Source of the DNA: an uncultured Gammaproteobacteria bacterium
Lineage (GTDB): Bacteria > Patescibacteriota > Patescibacteriia > Patescibacteriales > GWC2-42-12
Length of the DNA: 41,652 bases
Reading direction: 5' to 3'
Assembly: GCA_964444625.1 (NCBI GenBank)
Contig: CAYUHZ010000002.1
Coordinates: 3,338-44,989 of the forward strand
Shown: positions 27,873 to 35,580 of the stretch, piece after piece
Position numbering within the stretch: the first letter of the stretch is position 1
Layout of the letters: the number at the start of each line of letters is the position of its first letter
Made by a program: the position numbers and the translations under genes
The notes under the pieces: generated by a model
Database searches by the model: none
Told to the model about the DNA's origin: nothing
The model's input: only the letters and a program-made list of their open reading frames with translations

Positions 27873-28688
27873 TTATGGCAAAATCACCGAAATTACTATC
27901 AGACTATCCAAATTTATCAACGGCTCAATGGTTGCATCTTGCCATAGTTCATTGCTGGCCTTAGAAATCTGAGTAATTTTACCTATCACCAAGCCGCGCG
28001 GTATATTCTGCTCCAATCCAGAAGTGATAACAGTCTGGCCTTCGTTAATCAGATTATTTTGTGGAATAAAGTTCATTTTAACCGTCAAACCAAATTCTCC
28101 CTCGGCGATGCCCATAGTTTTTTCACTGTTTAAAACCGTAGCTGCGAGCTTGCATAAGGGGTTAGTTACCAAATGAATAATGGAAATATTATCTTTAACT
28201 TCGATGATTTTACCGATAATCATGCCTTGGCTGCTGATAGCGGCAAGACCCGGCACCAAACCATCGCTTGATCCCTTGTCGATAATTATCGATTGATTAC
28301 GGGCCATGATGCCTATTTTCCCGACGGATGAAATAATATTCCCCATAATGTACTTCTTTTCTGTTTTTTGAAAAAATTTAAGATAATTTCTTAGTTTTTC
28401 GTTTTCTTCTTCCAAAATTTGCAATTTAGCGTTTTCGCTTACCAGCTGATTAATCTGATTTTTCTGCTCGTTAACCAGCGCTGAAAGATCTCTTTTTTCC
28501 AATTGTCGGTTATAAAAAATCTTAGCCGATGAACCAAGCGAATACAAGCCTCCCGCCAATGGTTTGCTCAAAAAGCCAAAAAAAGCTTCAAGTGGAGCCA
28601 ACGCTCCGATTGATTGAAAAAAAATAAGCAGCGCGATAGCCGCTGCCATTACCCAAATAAATTTATTTTTTCTTTTGGGCATAGCCAA
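27873..28688 (-). CDS. mreC: Rod shape-determining protein MreC
   Basis: 271 aa. N-terminal TM, coiled coil (LVSENAKLQILEEENEKLRN), and beta-rich C-terminus with GLVIGKI. Confidence 0.88.
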   Translation of the reverse strand: MAMPKRKNKFIWVMAAAIALLIFFQSIGALAPLEAFFGFLSKPLAGGLYSLGSSAKIFYNRQLEKRDLSALVNEQKNQINQLVSENAKLQILEEENEKLRNYLKFFQKTEKKYIMGNIISSVGKIGIMARNQSIIIDKGSSDGLVPGLAAISSQGMIIGKIIEVKDNISIIHLVTNPLCKLAATVLNSEKTMGIAEGEFGLTVKMNFIPQNNLINEGQTVITSGLEQNIPRGLVIGKITQISKASNELWQDATIEPLINLDSLIVISVILP

Positions 28689-28703
28689 TAGTTTATTTGC
28701 GAA

Positions 28704-29747
28704 TTAATATTGATCGCTTGATGGCAGAGTTATCTTCTCTAACAATTGCGGATCGGCCAAAATCATGCCTGTTCCCCTGACAACGCAGGTCAGCGGGTCG
28801 TCAGCTACCCTAACCGGAATCTTGGTGGCCTGAGCAATTTCTTTGTCCAAACCGCGGAGCAAAGCCCCGCCTCCAGTTAATACGATACCTTGCTCATAAA
28901 TATCGGCTACCAATTCAGGCGGCGTGGTTTCAAGGGTAATTTTTATATTTTCAATGATTTGCCTGATCACGCGCGACATCGCTTCCCTGGCCTGGCCGTC
29001 ATTAATCTTCACTTCGCGCGGTAGTCCATTTAATAAATCACGTCCCCGCAAGGACATTTCCACCGCTTCTTTTAAAACCGTTGCTGAACCAATTTTCACT
29101 TTGATATTTTCCGCGACTTGATCGCCAACTAACATATTAAACTCTTCACGGACATACTGAATAATATCGTTATCTAAAGCATTGCCAGCCAAACGCAAAG
29201 ATTTCCAAGTTACGACTCCGCCCAACGATATTACGGCGATTTCTGTTGTTCCGCCGCCAATATCAACAATCATATTGGCATTGGCTTCGGTAATGGGCAA
29301 CCGAGCGCCAATAGCGGCTGCCATTGCTTCTTCTATCAAGAAAGCTCGTCTAGCGCCAGCTGATTTGACAACATCTTCAACCGCTTTCCGCTCTACTTCG
29401 GTAATATCTAATGGTATGCCGATTGCTACTCGCGGACGAGGTATTAAGGTAAAACTCTCGCTATGCACCTTGTCGATAAAATATTTTAACATTTTTTCCG
29501 TTACTTCAAAATCTGATATAACGCCGTCAACCAGAGGGCGAACAGCCTGAATGTGAGCGGGTGTTTTCCCCATCATTTTTTTGGCTTCTTCGCCCACAGC
29601 CAAAATTTCATCGGTCCGCATGTTAACTGCCACTACCGAAGGTTCATTGATTATAATTCCCTTATCTTGGGTGTGAACTAAAGTATTTGCCGTTCCTAAA
29701 TCAATCCCCAAGTCTTTGCTGAATTTTCCTAAAAACTTATTTAACAT
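28704..29747 (-). CDS. mreB: Rod shape-determining actin homologue MreB
   Basis: 347 aa. DLGIDLGTANTLV, VDIGGGTTEIAV, and LTGGGALLRGLD. Confidence 0.97.
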   Translation of the reverse strand: MLNKFLGKFSKDLGIDLGTANTLVHTQDKGIIINEPSVVAVNMRTDEILAVGEEAKKMMGKTPAHIQAVRPLVDGVISDFEVTEKMLKYFIDKVHSESFTLIPRPRVAIGIPLDITEVERKAVEDVVKSAGARRAFLIEEAMAAAIGARLPITEANANMIVDIGGGTTEIAVISLGGVVTWKSLRLAGNALDNDIIQYVREEFNMLVGDQVAENIKVKIGSATVLKEAVEMSLRGRDLLNGLPREVKINDGQAREAMSRVIRQIIENIKITLETTPPELVADIYEQGIVLTGGGALLRGLDKEIAQATKIPVRVADDPLTCVVRGTGMILADPQLLEKITLPSSDQY

Positions 29748-31012
29748 GCTTGTTTGGTATATTTTAACAACACGTTAATCAGTTCGTCAATTTTTATTTT
29801 TTCCGATTTATCGCTGTTGCGGCGCTTCAATTCGACGCAATCTTCGGAAAGGGTCTTTTCACTGACAATCAGGCGAAGCGGACAACCGATCAAATCAGCT
29901 TCAGCAAACCTCTCTCCAGCGCTGACATTTTCACGATCGTCATAAAGCACTTCGATATTTGATTTTACCAAAAAATTATACAAAAGATCGACAGTATAGT
30001 GAATTGAAGAATTATTATCCTTAATCGCTAGCAGATGAACCTGAAAAGGGGTCACTTCTTCCGGCCAGATGATTCCTTTATCATCGCGATTCAACTCTAC
30101 AATCGTACCCATCAATCTCTGCAAGCCGATCCCGTAACAACCCATGGCAACAGTTTGTTTGACTCCGCTTTTGTCTAAATAAGCTAAATCAAACGGAGCG
30201 GAGAATTTGTTCATCAGCTTAAAAATATTGCCAACCTCAATTGATTTTGCCTGCTTCAAATCTTTGTTGCCGCATTCGGGGCACGATTCTCCAACTGCTT
30301 CAATTATTTCTTTGTTGATCGCCACTTTACATTTATCGCATAGATAAATACTGTCTTCGCCGGCCGCGGTTAGAGTTTGAAATTCATGAGAATACTTGCA
30401 AAAAGCTCCGCCAGAGGCATAAGTCAAATAAGTCTTATCGCCGATACCGCAACGCCAAAAAATACTATAGTAAGCTTTTTTCATTTTTTCATAATAAATT
30501 TCCAAATCAGTAATATCGGCATGGAACGAATAAAGGTCTTTCATAATAAATTCTCGTCCTCTAATCAAGCCTGATTTCGCCCTTTTTTCGTAACGAAATT
30601 TATTTTGAAATTGAAAGATATGCTTGGGCAAATCCTTGTATGATCTGATAAAACGTTTAGCGAGCGGAACCACAATCTCTTCATGGGTGGGTCCTAACAC
30701 CATATTTTTATCTTCGCCTTCAAATCCCAAACACACCAAAGAATCAAAATTTTCCCAACGTCCTGTTTTTTCCCAGTTTTCTTTCGGTTGCAAGCTTGGC
30801 AGCAAAAGCTCCTGTCCGCCCATTTTAATCATTTCATCCCTGATAATATTTTCGATTTTTTTCTCCACCAAGAGTCCGAGCGGCAACAAGCTATACACTC
30901 CCGCCATCAATTTATCAATAAAACCACCACGATAAAGCAGTTTGGCGTTTAAACTAACCTCATCCTTCGGATCATCTTTGATAGTCTTGGTAAAAAATTG
31001 GGATTGTCGCAT
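29741..31012 (-). CDS. proS: Prolyl-tRNA synthetase, bacterial-type core without the INS editing domain
   Basis: 423 aa. MRQSQFFTKT..LLYRGGFI..GVYSLLPLG, motif 2 FRYEKRAKSGLIRGREFIMKDLYSFH, and motif 3 GCYGIGLQRL. A Cys4 mini-insert (CDKC..x15..CPEC) sits where INS normally lies. Confidence 0.93.
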   Translation of the reverse strand: MRQSQFFTKTIKDDPKDEVSLNAKLLYRGGFIDKLMAGVYSLLPLGLLVEKKIENIIRDEMIKMGGQELLLPSLQPKENWEKTGRWENFDSLVCLGFEGEDKNMVLGPTHEEIVVPLAKRFIRSYKDLPKHIFQFQNKFRYEKRAKSGLIRGREFIMKDLYSFHADITDLEIYYEKMKKAYYSIFWRCGIGDKTYLTYASGGAFCKYSHEFQTLTAAGEDSIYLCDKCKVAINKEIIEAVGESCPECGNKDLKQAKSIEVGNIFKLMNKFSAPFDLAYLDKSGVKQTVAMGCYGIGLQRLMGTIVELNRDDKGIIWPEEVTPFQVHLLAIKDNNSSIHYTVDLLYNFLVKSNIEVLYDDRENVSAGERFAEADLIGCPLRLIVSEKTLSEDCVELKRRNSDKSEKIKIDELINVLLKYTKQAC

Positions 31013-31095
31013 AAATTTAGAAAACTAAGATTAGCAATAAATTCGCTATTCTGTTTTTATTAAAATTTAATTTATAAAAGTGGATTCTATCTACT

Positions 31096-31124
31096 ATTGT
31101 AATTAAAAAAAGCTAAAAAGTCAA
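31096..31124 (-). promoter_or_regulatory. Sigma-70-type promoter for proS-mreBCD-PBP2
   Basis: On the minus strand: TTGACT (31124-31119), 17-nt spacer, TACAAT (31101-31096). It lies ~85 nt upstream of the proS ATG. Confidence 0.6.
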
Positions 31125-31169
31125 AAAAGTGTATTTGTGGCTCTACAATAAATAGTGTGGCGGAAAGCC

Positions 31170-31236
31170 AAAAAGCAGCGGTAAAATTAGCTTGAATATC
31201 GAGTTTCTCAACTCAAAGCTAAAATTAAGCACCGCT
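31170..31236 (-). terminator. Long nested hairpin plus U5 on the minus strand, closing the upstream accessory unit before the proS promoter
   Basis: Three nested stems: agcggt (31177-82) / accgct (31231-36), agctt (31189-93) / aagct (31216-20), and gagtt-tctc-aactc (31201-14). On the minus strand GC then TTTTT follows (plus-strand A5 at 31170-74). Confidence 0.5.
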
Positions 31237-31509
31237 TCTATGAAAAAAATGTATCAATGAAATGCTAAATTTGGCTCCAATGATAACGTTTTGTATTATA
31301 TCAAATAAGCCATTCTGTTAATTTTCAATTGAACATATTGGCATCATCTAACAATATTTCGTTCCGGTCAATAAACTCTTCTTGTATTGTGGCAGTGTCG
31401 CTAAACTTTAAGCAAAATTCAAAAATAACCGCTAAAATTAGCTTTTTAAGCGTTAAAAAATCTAAAAAATTAGTGCTAATGTTAATCATTGGCGACAGTC
31501 CTATATAGC

Positions 31510-31543
31510 AAAAAACCAATGGTATGAGAAACGTTGGTTTTTT
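31510..31543. terminator. A/T-flanked hairpin, bidirectional terminator-like
   Basis: aaaaaaccaa (31510-19) / ttggtttttt (31534-43) with a 14-nt loop. Confidence 0.45.
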
Positions 31544-31554
31544 GTATTTATATC

Positions 31555-31923
31555 AAAAAACCCGCGCCGTTAAAAACAAACGCGGATCGGGCAGGGTGCA
31601 CACCCTGTATTGAAAAGAGTGAAAAGCGACCCTGCAACTCAAAAATTTTCAGGAAAGCGGGCCGATCGGAAGGATATTTTCTATTCTTCGGTTTCGATTC
31701 CTCTGAATCGCGATTGTCTTCTCAGGCGTGTTCTTGGAACGACGCGGAGATCTGGCTGAGTATCAAAGGAAACGTCTTTCCTAATGCATTCAAAGGCGAT
31801 TCTTCTTTCTGATTTCATGCACAAGAGGGGGGGGAGAAGAGGCGCGCCAGGAGGGGGACTCCTTGCCAGCCGATCGCGGAAATAGCGCCGCTTTCAACGG
31901 GGGTTAGCGCCTCTTCTCTTTTT
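31555..31923 (-). ncRNA. Candidate structured noncoding RNA of unknown class (GC-rich, ORF-poor, hairpin-dense island); strand assignment tentative
   Basis: Sharp rise in GC compared with its flanks, and no ORF of 60 aa or more on the minus strand. A perfect 12-bp stem gagaagaggcgc (31834-45) / gcgcctcttctc (31907-18) encloses sub-hairpins aggag-gggga-ctcct and gcgg..ccgc. Further hairpins are cgattc-ctct-gaatcg and aggaaa-cgtc-tttcct. On the minus strand it ends in a ccgcg/cgcgg hairpin plus U6 (A6 at 31555-60). It begins 5 nt after the stop of the upstream minus-strand gene. It matched none of the RNA classes I could test by eye. Confidence 0.5.
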
Positions 31924-32274
31924 TTATTTTTCTGGATAAGGTTCTACCAAGAGAACGCCATTCAAAAATTTAAGCCAGACGCTGTTTCCCAGGTAAAACG
32001 AGTTGCTTTTCTTCTTCACATGCTCCGGAATGGTCACGCGGAAAACTGTGAACCTTCCTTGTTTACTTGTTCTGACCTTGATCGCCAGATATTGTTGCCC
32101 TGTTTTTTTGATTGGCTTCTTGAAAGCAATCATCAAGCACCCGTCGCAACCTCTTTGGCTCAAAAACACTTCTTGTTCATCTATAATTTTTTCTCTCCTG
32201 ACAATCTCTGGTGGTATGGTTAGTCTGTTTTTAATATCAATTCTCGCTTTGTTCTGATAATAATAAATAACCAT
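31924..32274 (-). CDS. Orphan MraZ-like / tandem AbrB-SpoVT-fold small DNA-binding protein
   Basis: 116 aa from the ATG at 32274. A perfect AGGAGG sits at 32287-32282, 7 nt upstream. Two half-repeats resemble the MraZ DxxxR units: ARIDIKNRLTIPPEIVRR and TSKQGRFTVFRVTIPEHVKK. It is not next to rsmH, ftsL or ftsI. Confidence 0.65.
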   Translation of the reverse strand: MVIYYYQNKARIDIKNRLTIPPEIVRREKIIDEQEVFLSQRGCDGCLMIAFKKPIKKTGQQYLAIKVRTSKQGRFTVFRVTIPEHVKKKSNSFYLGNSVWLKFLNGVLLVEPYPEK

Positions 32275-32323
32275 CAATTAACCTCCTTTAATGCTGGATA
32301 TAGTATAATGATCTGTTTGCATT

Positions 32324-32351
32324 ATCTTACCAAAAAACCAAAAACTGTCAA
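32324..32351 (-). promoter_or_regulatory. Strong sigma-70-type promoter for the MraZ-like gene
   Basis: On the minus strand: TTGACA (32351-32346), 16-nt spacer, TAAGAT (32329-32324) preceded by TGG (extended -10 like). Confidence 0.6.
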
Positions 32352-32412
32352 GAAGCAGTCTTTCAAAGTCTCTTGAAGTTAAAATCTTCAAATGGAGCCT
32401 TTGTAAATTACC

Positions 32413-32430
32413 CTGCGGCAGAGACCGCAG
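32413..32430 (-). terminator. Weak terminator-like hairpin after secF
   Basis: ctgcgg-cagaga-ccgcag, located 53 nt after the secF stop. The U-tract is poor. Confidence 0.35.
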
Positions 32431-32482
32431 TGTGAATTATTTATATAACAACAACTTTCAAAATCATTGCTTAATTCACCCA

Positions 32483-33397
32483 TTATGCCCTTTTTCTCCC
32501 CCATTGCTCCCATAAAACAAGCAAAGGAGATGCCACGAAAACAGAACTGTATGTTCCGATAAAAATACCGAATGCCATGGCAAAAGCAAAAATCTTAATT
32601 GATTCCCCGCCAAAAAGAATGATAGCGCCAAGAGCCAGGATAACTGTCAAGGAAGTATTGATGGATCTAACTAAAGTCTGGTTGATGCTGGTGTTAATAG
32701 TGTTCTCAAAATCTTCGTTGCTGCGCGGCAAATTTTCTCTGATTCTGTCAAAAACAATGATTGTGTCATTGATTGAATAGCCCAGAACGGTTAAAATTGC
32801 GGCAACGAAGGGCGTGTTCACTTCTACGCCGAAAAATTTTCCCAATACCGCAAACAAACCAAGGGTAATGATGATATCATGAAACAAAGCGACCAAAGCG
32901 GAAATCCCGTACTTAAAAGAACTGACCGGCTTGGAAACTTGGCGAAAAACCCAGGCGATATAAATTAATATTCCCAGCAAAGCGAAAAATATGGCGTAAA
33001 CAGCCTTGCGCTTCAATTCCAAACCGATTGAGGGTCCTACTGAATCAAATCTCAATTCTTCAAGCTGATTTTCATTATTAATTTCGGAAGCTAGTTTGTT
33101 TAAGCTGGACATAATCGAATCCTTGATGGTCGGCTCGGTTTGTTGAAAGCGTAAAATTAAGGCGTTGGCATCTGACGGCTGTATAGACAAGCTATTTAAT
33201 TTCAGATCGGCTAGGCTCTTCTCCGCTTGCGCTACGGTTGGAACATGCTGACTAAACTTAACTTCAAGCAAACTTCCGCCGGTAAAATCAATTCCAAAAC
33301 GAAGACCCCAAACAGACAGGGCAACGATCGAACTAACGAACAAAACAGACGAAACCCCCAGCCAAATATTCCTTTGTTGAATGATTCTTAGGTTCAT
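32483..33397 (-). CDS. secF: Protein translocase subunit SecF
   Basis: 304 aa. GIDFTGGSLLEVKF, and an RND-like TM bundle with SINDTIVVFDRIRE. Confidence 0.95.
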   Translation of the reverse strand: MNLRIIQQRNIWLGVSSVLFVSSIVALSVWGLRFGIDFTGGSLLEVKFSQHVPTVAQAEKSLADLKLNSLSIQPSDANALILRFQQTEPTIKDSIMSSLNKLASEINNENQLEELRFDSVGPSIGLELKRKAVYAIFFALLGILIYIAWVFRQVSKPVSSFKYGISALVALFHDIIITLGLFAVLGKFFGVEVNTPFVAAILTVLGYSINDTIIVFDRIRENLPRSNEDFENTINTSINQTLVRSINTSLTVILALGAIILFGGESIKIFAFAMAFGIFIGTYSSVFVASPLLVLWEQWGRKRA

Positions 33398-33403
33398 ATG
33401 ATA

Positions 33404-35461
33404 TTATTTATTTTTGGCTACTCCGATCAGCCAATTTTTCTTTTCCAGCCAAGAGCTGGGTATAAGCTGCAAAAAATTCTTGGTTATAAAAATAGCGGAA
33501 AACATTGAAACCAGTACGCCGATAGTCAAGGTAATAGCAAAACCCTTAATCACGCTGGTGGAAAGTTGTATTAGAATAAAGCAGGTAATCAACGTGGAAA
33601 CATTGCTATCGCGAATTGACGGCCAAGCGCGCTTGAAACCCTCTTCCAAGGCCAAAGATAAAGGCTTGCCTCGCTGTATTTCTTCGCGTAATCTGGCAAA
33701 AATCAACACGTTGGCATCAACCGCCATACCGATAGACATGACAAATCCGGCTAATCCGGAAAGAGTTAATGTTATCGGCCACAACTTAAAAATTGCCAAA
33801 ACGATAATCGCATATGCCAATAAAGCAAAAACCGAAAGCAAGCCTGGCAGTCGATAGAAGAGAATCATAAACAAGGCCACCAACACAAATCCGATTAAGC
33901 CGGCCCGCAAGCTATTGTCTACTGACTGCTGTCCCAAACTAGCTCCGACCGTCTGTTGGCTGATAAGATTTATCGGCACTGGCAAAGCTCCGGCATTTAA
34001 ACGTTGCGCCAATAACTTTGCCTCCTCTACTGTGAATCTACCGGAAATAATCGCTTTGCCGTCTTTAATTTGCTCATTTACGGTGGGTATGCTAATCGGA
34101 TAATTATCCAAATAAATCGCCACCGGCTTGCCGATGTTTCTGCCGGTAATTTCCGAGAACATTTTCCCGCCTTCTTCGTCAAATTCCAAAGAAACAACTG
34201 GCGCTCCGTCATTAGGATCAAACTGGATAGTAGAAGTCTTTAAATTTTTACCGGTCAACTCGGTATTCTTCCAATCTGACTGCACGCCGGTAATGTCATC
34301 GGCGGTCTTGGTCTTGATCAGAATAACATTAACTTTATATTCAATTACCTGCCTTTCTCCCTGTTTGTGTATTAGATGATAACCAAACTGTGTTTCCACC
34401 ACATCAGAGATGGTGCCAACTTGCTGGCTGAAAACCGTTTTTTCAAAAGGTTCAACCATATCGCCGGCTCCGAACCAGCCCAATTCGCCATAATTATCCT
34501 GCGCTCCCGGTTCAGTGGAATTTTGCTTGACCAAATCTTTAAAATTATCGGTTGTAGCTTGAGCTTTAAGTTTGGTAATTTTTGCTAACGCCTCTTCCTT
34601 GGTTAAGCCGCTCTCGCATTTTTCCGCACTGGTAAAACAAACTAGCAAATGCGACGCTTTAGCTTCTTTTTCCTGCGCCTTGTCGTCAAAAGCGCTGGTC
34701 TTGATTCTTTGATCCGCTAATTTTAAAATAACAAAACCGGTTGAAATCCTATTTAAATCCTTGGTCGTTTCTCCTTTTTTAAGTTTAGCTGCTAAACCGA
34801 CATATTCGGGACTGGTTTTTTCAGTAAGCCAGCCCAAGTCGCCGCCATTAGCCTTACCGGAATCATCTTCACTGTATTCTTTGGCCAGAGCCGAGAAATC
34901 ACCTCCGGAAATCAATTTTCCCAGAACATTGGTGGCTTTTGCTTCGGCGTTTTCGTTATATTCATCAAGCTGTTTTTGCTCGTCGGCTGTCAACTCGCGT
35001 TTTTCAGTATTCTGTTCTTTGAATTCCAAAAGCGGAGTTTCGCCAATCATTTTGATGGCTTGATTGACATCTTTGATTCCCGCCAGCTCAACAATCACTT
35101 GAAAATCATCTCCGCTGCGATTAGTTTGGACTACCGGCTCGCTCACGCCAAAAACATTGACCCGACGCTCAATCACGTCGCGTACGCCCTCTACGGCGCT
35201 GGCGCGGTCGGCTGATTTAATAACGGAAACATCGGCTTGATAAACCAAGTGGGTTCCGCCCGACAGATCAAGGCCGAGTCGGAAAGGAATTTCTTTGACT
35301 TTCGGCAACAGCAACTCGTATTTGTTTACGACCTTGTTGTAATATTGGCCCGCGTCAACAAATAAGCCTACAACAGCTAAAATAATAATAAATACAAACA
35401 TCCACCAGACCCTACCTCTGGTTCCTGGCTGAAAAATTTTTTGAAAAATATTGTCTGACAT
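33404..35461 (-). CDS. secD: Protein translocase subunit SecD carrying parvulin-type PPIase module(s) inside its periplasmic P1 domain
   Basis: 685 aa. SecD blocks: LGLDLSGGTHLVYQ, GETPLLEF, KPVAIYLDNYPISIPTV, EEAKLLAQRLNAGALP, and GMAVDANVLIFARLREE. An inserted segment ASHLLVCF...GELGWFGAGDMVEPFEKTVF..VGTISDVVETQFGYHLIHK matches the parvulin signature. Confidence 0.93.
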   Translation of the reverse strand: MSDNIFQKIFQPGTRGRVWWMFVFIIILAVVGLFVDAGQYYNKVVNKYELLLPKVKEIPFRLGLDLSGGTHLVYQADVSVIKSADRASAVEGVRDVIERRVNVFGVSEPVVQTNRSGDDFQVIVELAGIKDVNQAIKMIGETPLLEFKEQNTEKRELTADEQKQLDEYNENAEAKATNVLGKLISGGDFSALAKEYSEDDSGKANGGDLGWLTEKTSPEYVGLAAKLKKGETTKDLNRISTGFVILKLADQRIKTSAFDDKAQEKEAKASHLLVCFTSAEKCESGLTKEEALAKITKLKAQATTDNFKDLVKQNSTEPGAQDNYGELGWFGAGDMVEPFEKTVFSQQVGTISDVVETQFGYHLIHKQGERQVIEYKVNVILIKTKTADDITGVQSDWKNTELTGKNLKTSTIQFDPNDGAPVVSLEFDEEGGKMFSEITGRNIGKPVAIYLDNYPISIPTVNEQIKDGKAIISGRFTVEEAKLLAQRLNAGALPVPINLISQQTVGASLGQQSVDNSLRAGLIGFVLVALFMILFYRLPGLLSVFALLAYAIIVLAIFKLWPITLTLSGLAGFVMSIGMAVDANVLIFARLREEIQRGKPLSLALEEGFKRAWPSIRDSNVSTLITCFILIQLSTSVIKGFAITLTIGVLVSMFSAIFITKNFLQLIPSSWLEKKNWLIGVAKNK

Positions 35462-35502
35462 AAAATAAAAAAACAGCAGTTTGTTAATTGCTTACATTTA
35501 GT

Positions 35503-35531
35503 ATTTTAGACTAAAGATTAATAAAAATCAA
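35503..35531 (-). promoter_or_regulatory. Sigma-70-type promoter for secD-secF
   Basis: On the minus strand: TTGATT (35531-35526), 17-nt spacer, TAAAAT (35508-35503). It lies ~40 nt upstream of the secD ATG. Confidence 0.55.
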
Positions 35532-35580
35532 GTAAAAATATTACCGCTAAAATTAAATAAAAAAGCTATTTTACTACAAT

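Noticed and set aside
31431-31440. Recurrent 10-mer GCTAAAATTA and close variants at ~31181, 31218, 31431, 35546 and 35691
   Set aside because: This is an A/T-rich 10-mer containing a -10-like TAAAAT. With intergenic AT content near 80%, this many matches are expected by chance, and orientation relative to the nearby genes is inconsistent.
31325-31519. 64-aa (TTG) or 54-aa (ATG at 31489) minus-strand ORF between the GC island and proS
   Set aside because: It lies in an AT-rich spacer, has only a weak AGGA 9 nt upstream and no recognisable motif. An ORF of this length is expected by chance a few times in a window this size.
31534-31812. 92-aa plus-strand ORF, and a 45-codon minus-strand ORF (31681-31818, MKSERRIAFECIRKDV..), inside the GC-rich island
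   Set aside because: GC-rich sequence is poor in stop codons on both strands, so such ORFs arise by chance. Neither has an SD (the minus ORF is preceded by a C8 tract), and the plus ORF starts inside a terminator hairpin. Neither has any recognisable family. The minus-strand mini-ORF cannot be fully excluded without ribosome profiling.
31013-31923. The idea that the GC-rich element is a T-box or other leader riboswitch for proS
   Set aside because: The segment cagggtgtgcaccctg only loosely resembles the T-box core AGGGUGGUACCGCG and lacks the UGG bulge. No specifier-loop or K-turn features were found. Two to three terminators and a good proS promoter (31096-31124) lie between the element and proS.
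31555-31923. Identity of the GC island with RNase P RNA, tmRNA, SRP RNA, 6S RNA, the glmS ribozyme, or lysine or TPP riboswitches
   Set aside because: Only short chance-like matches were found: AGGAAAG without the following UCCGGGC, CGGAAGGA without the SRP AGCAGC, AGAGGCGC as in the L-box P1, and AGGGGGACUCCUUG resembling a glmS helix. Several diagnostic features are missing: the ACAGAA..GGCUUA motif, a tRNA-like GGUUCGA T-arm with a CCA end, a tag ORF ending in ..LAA, and the matching downstream gene. A covariance-model scan is still needed.
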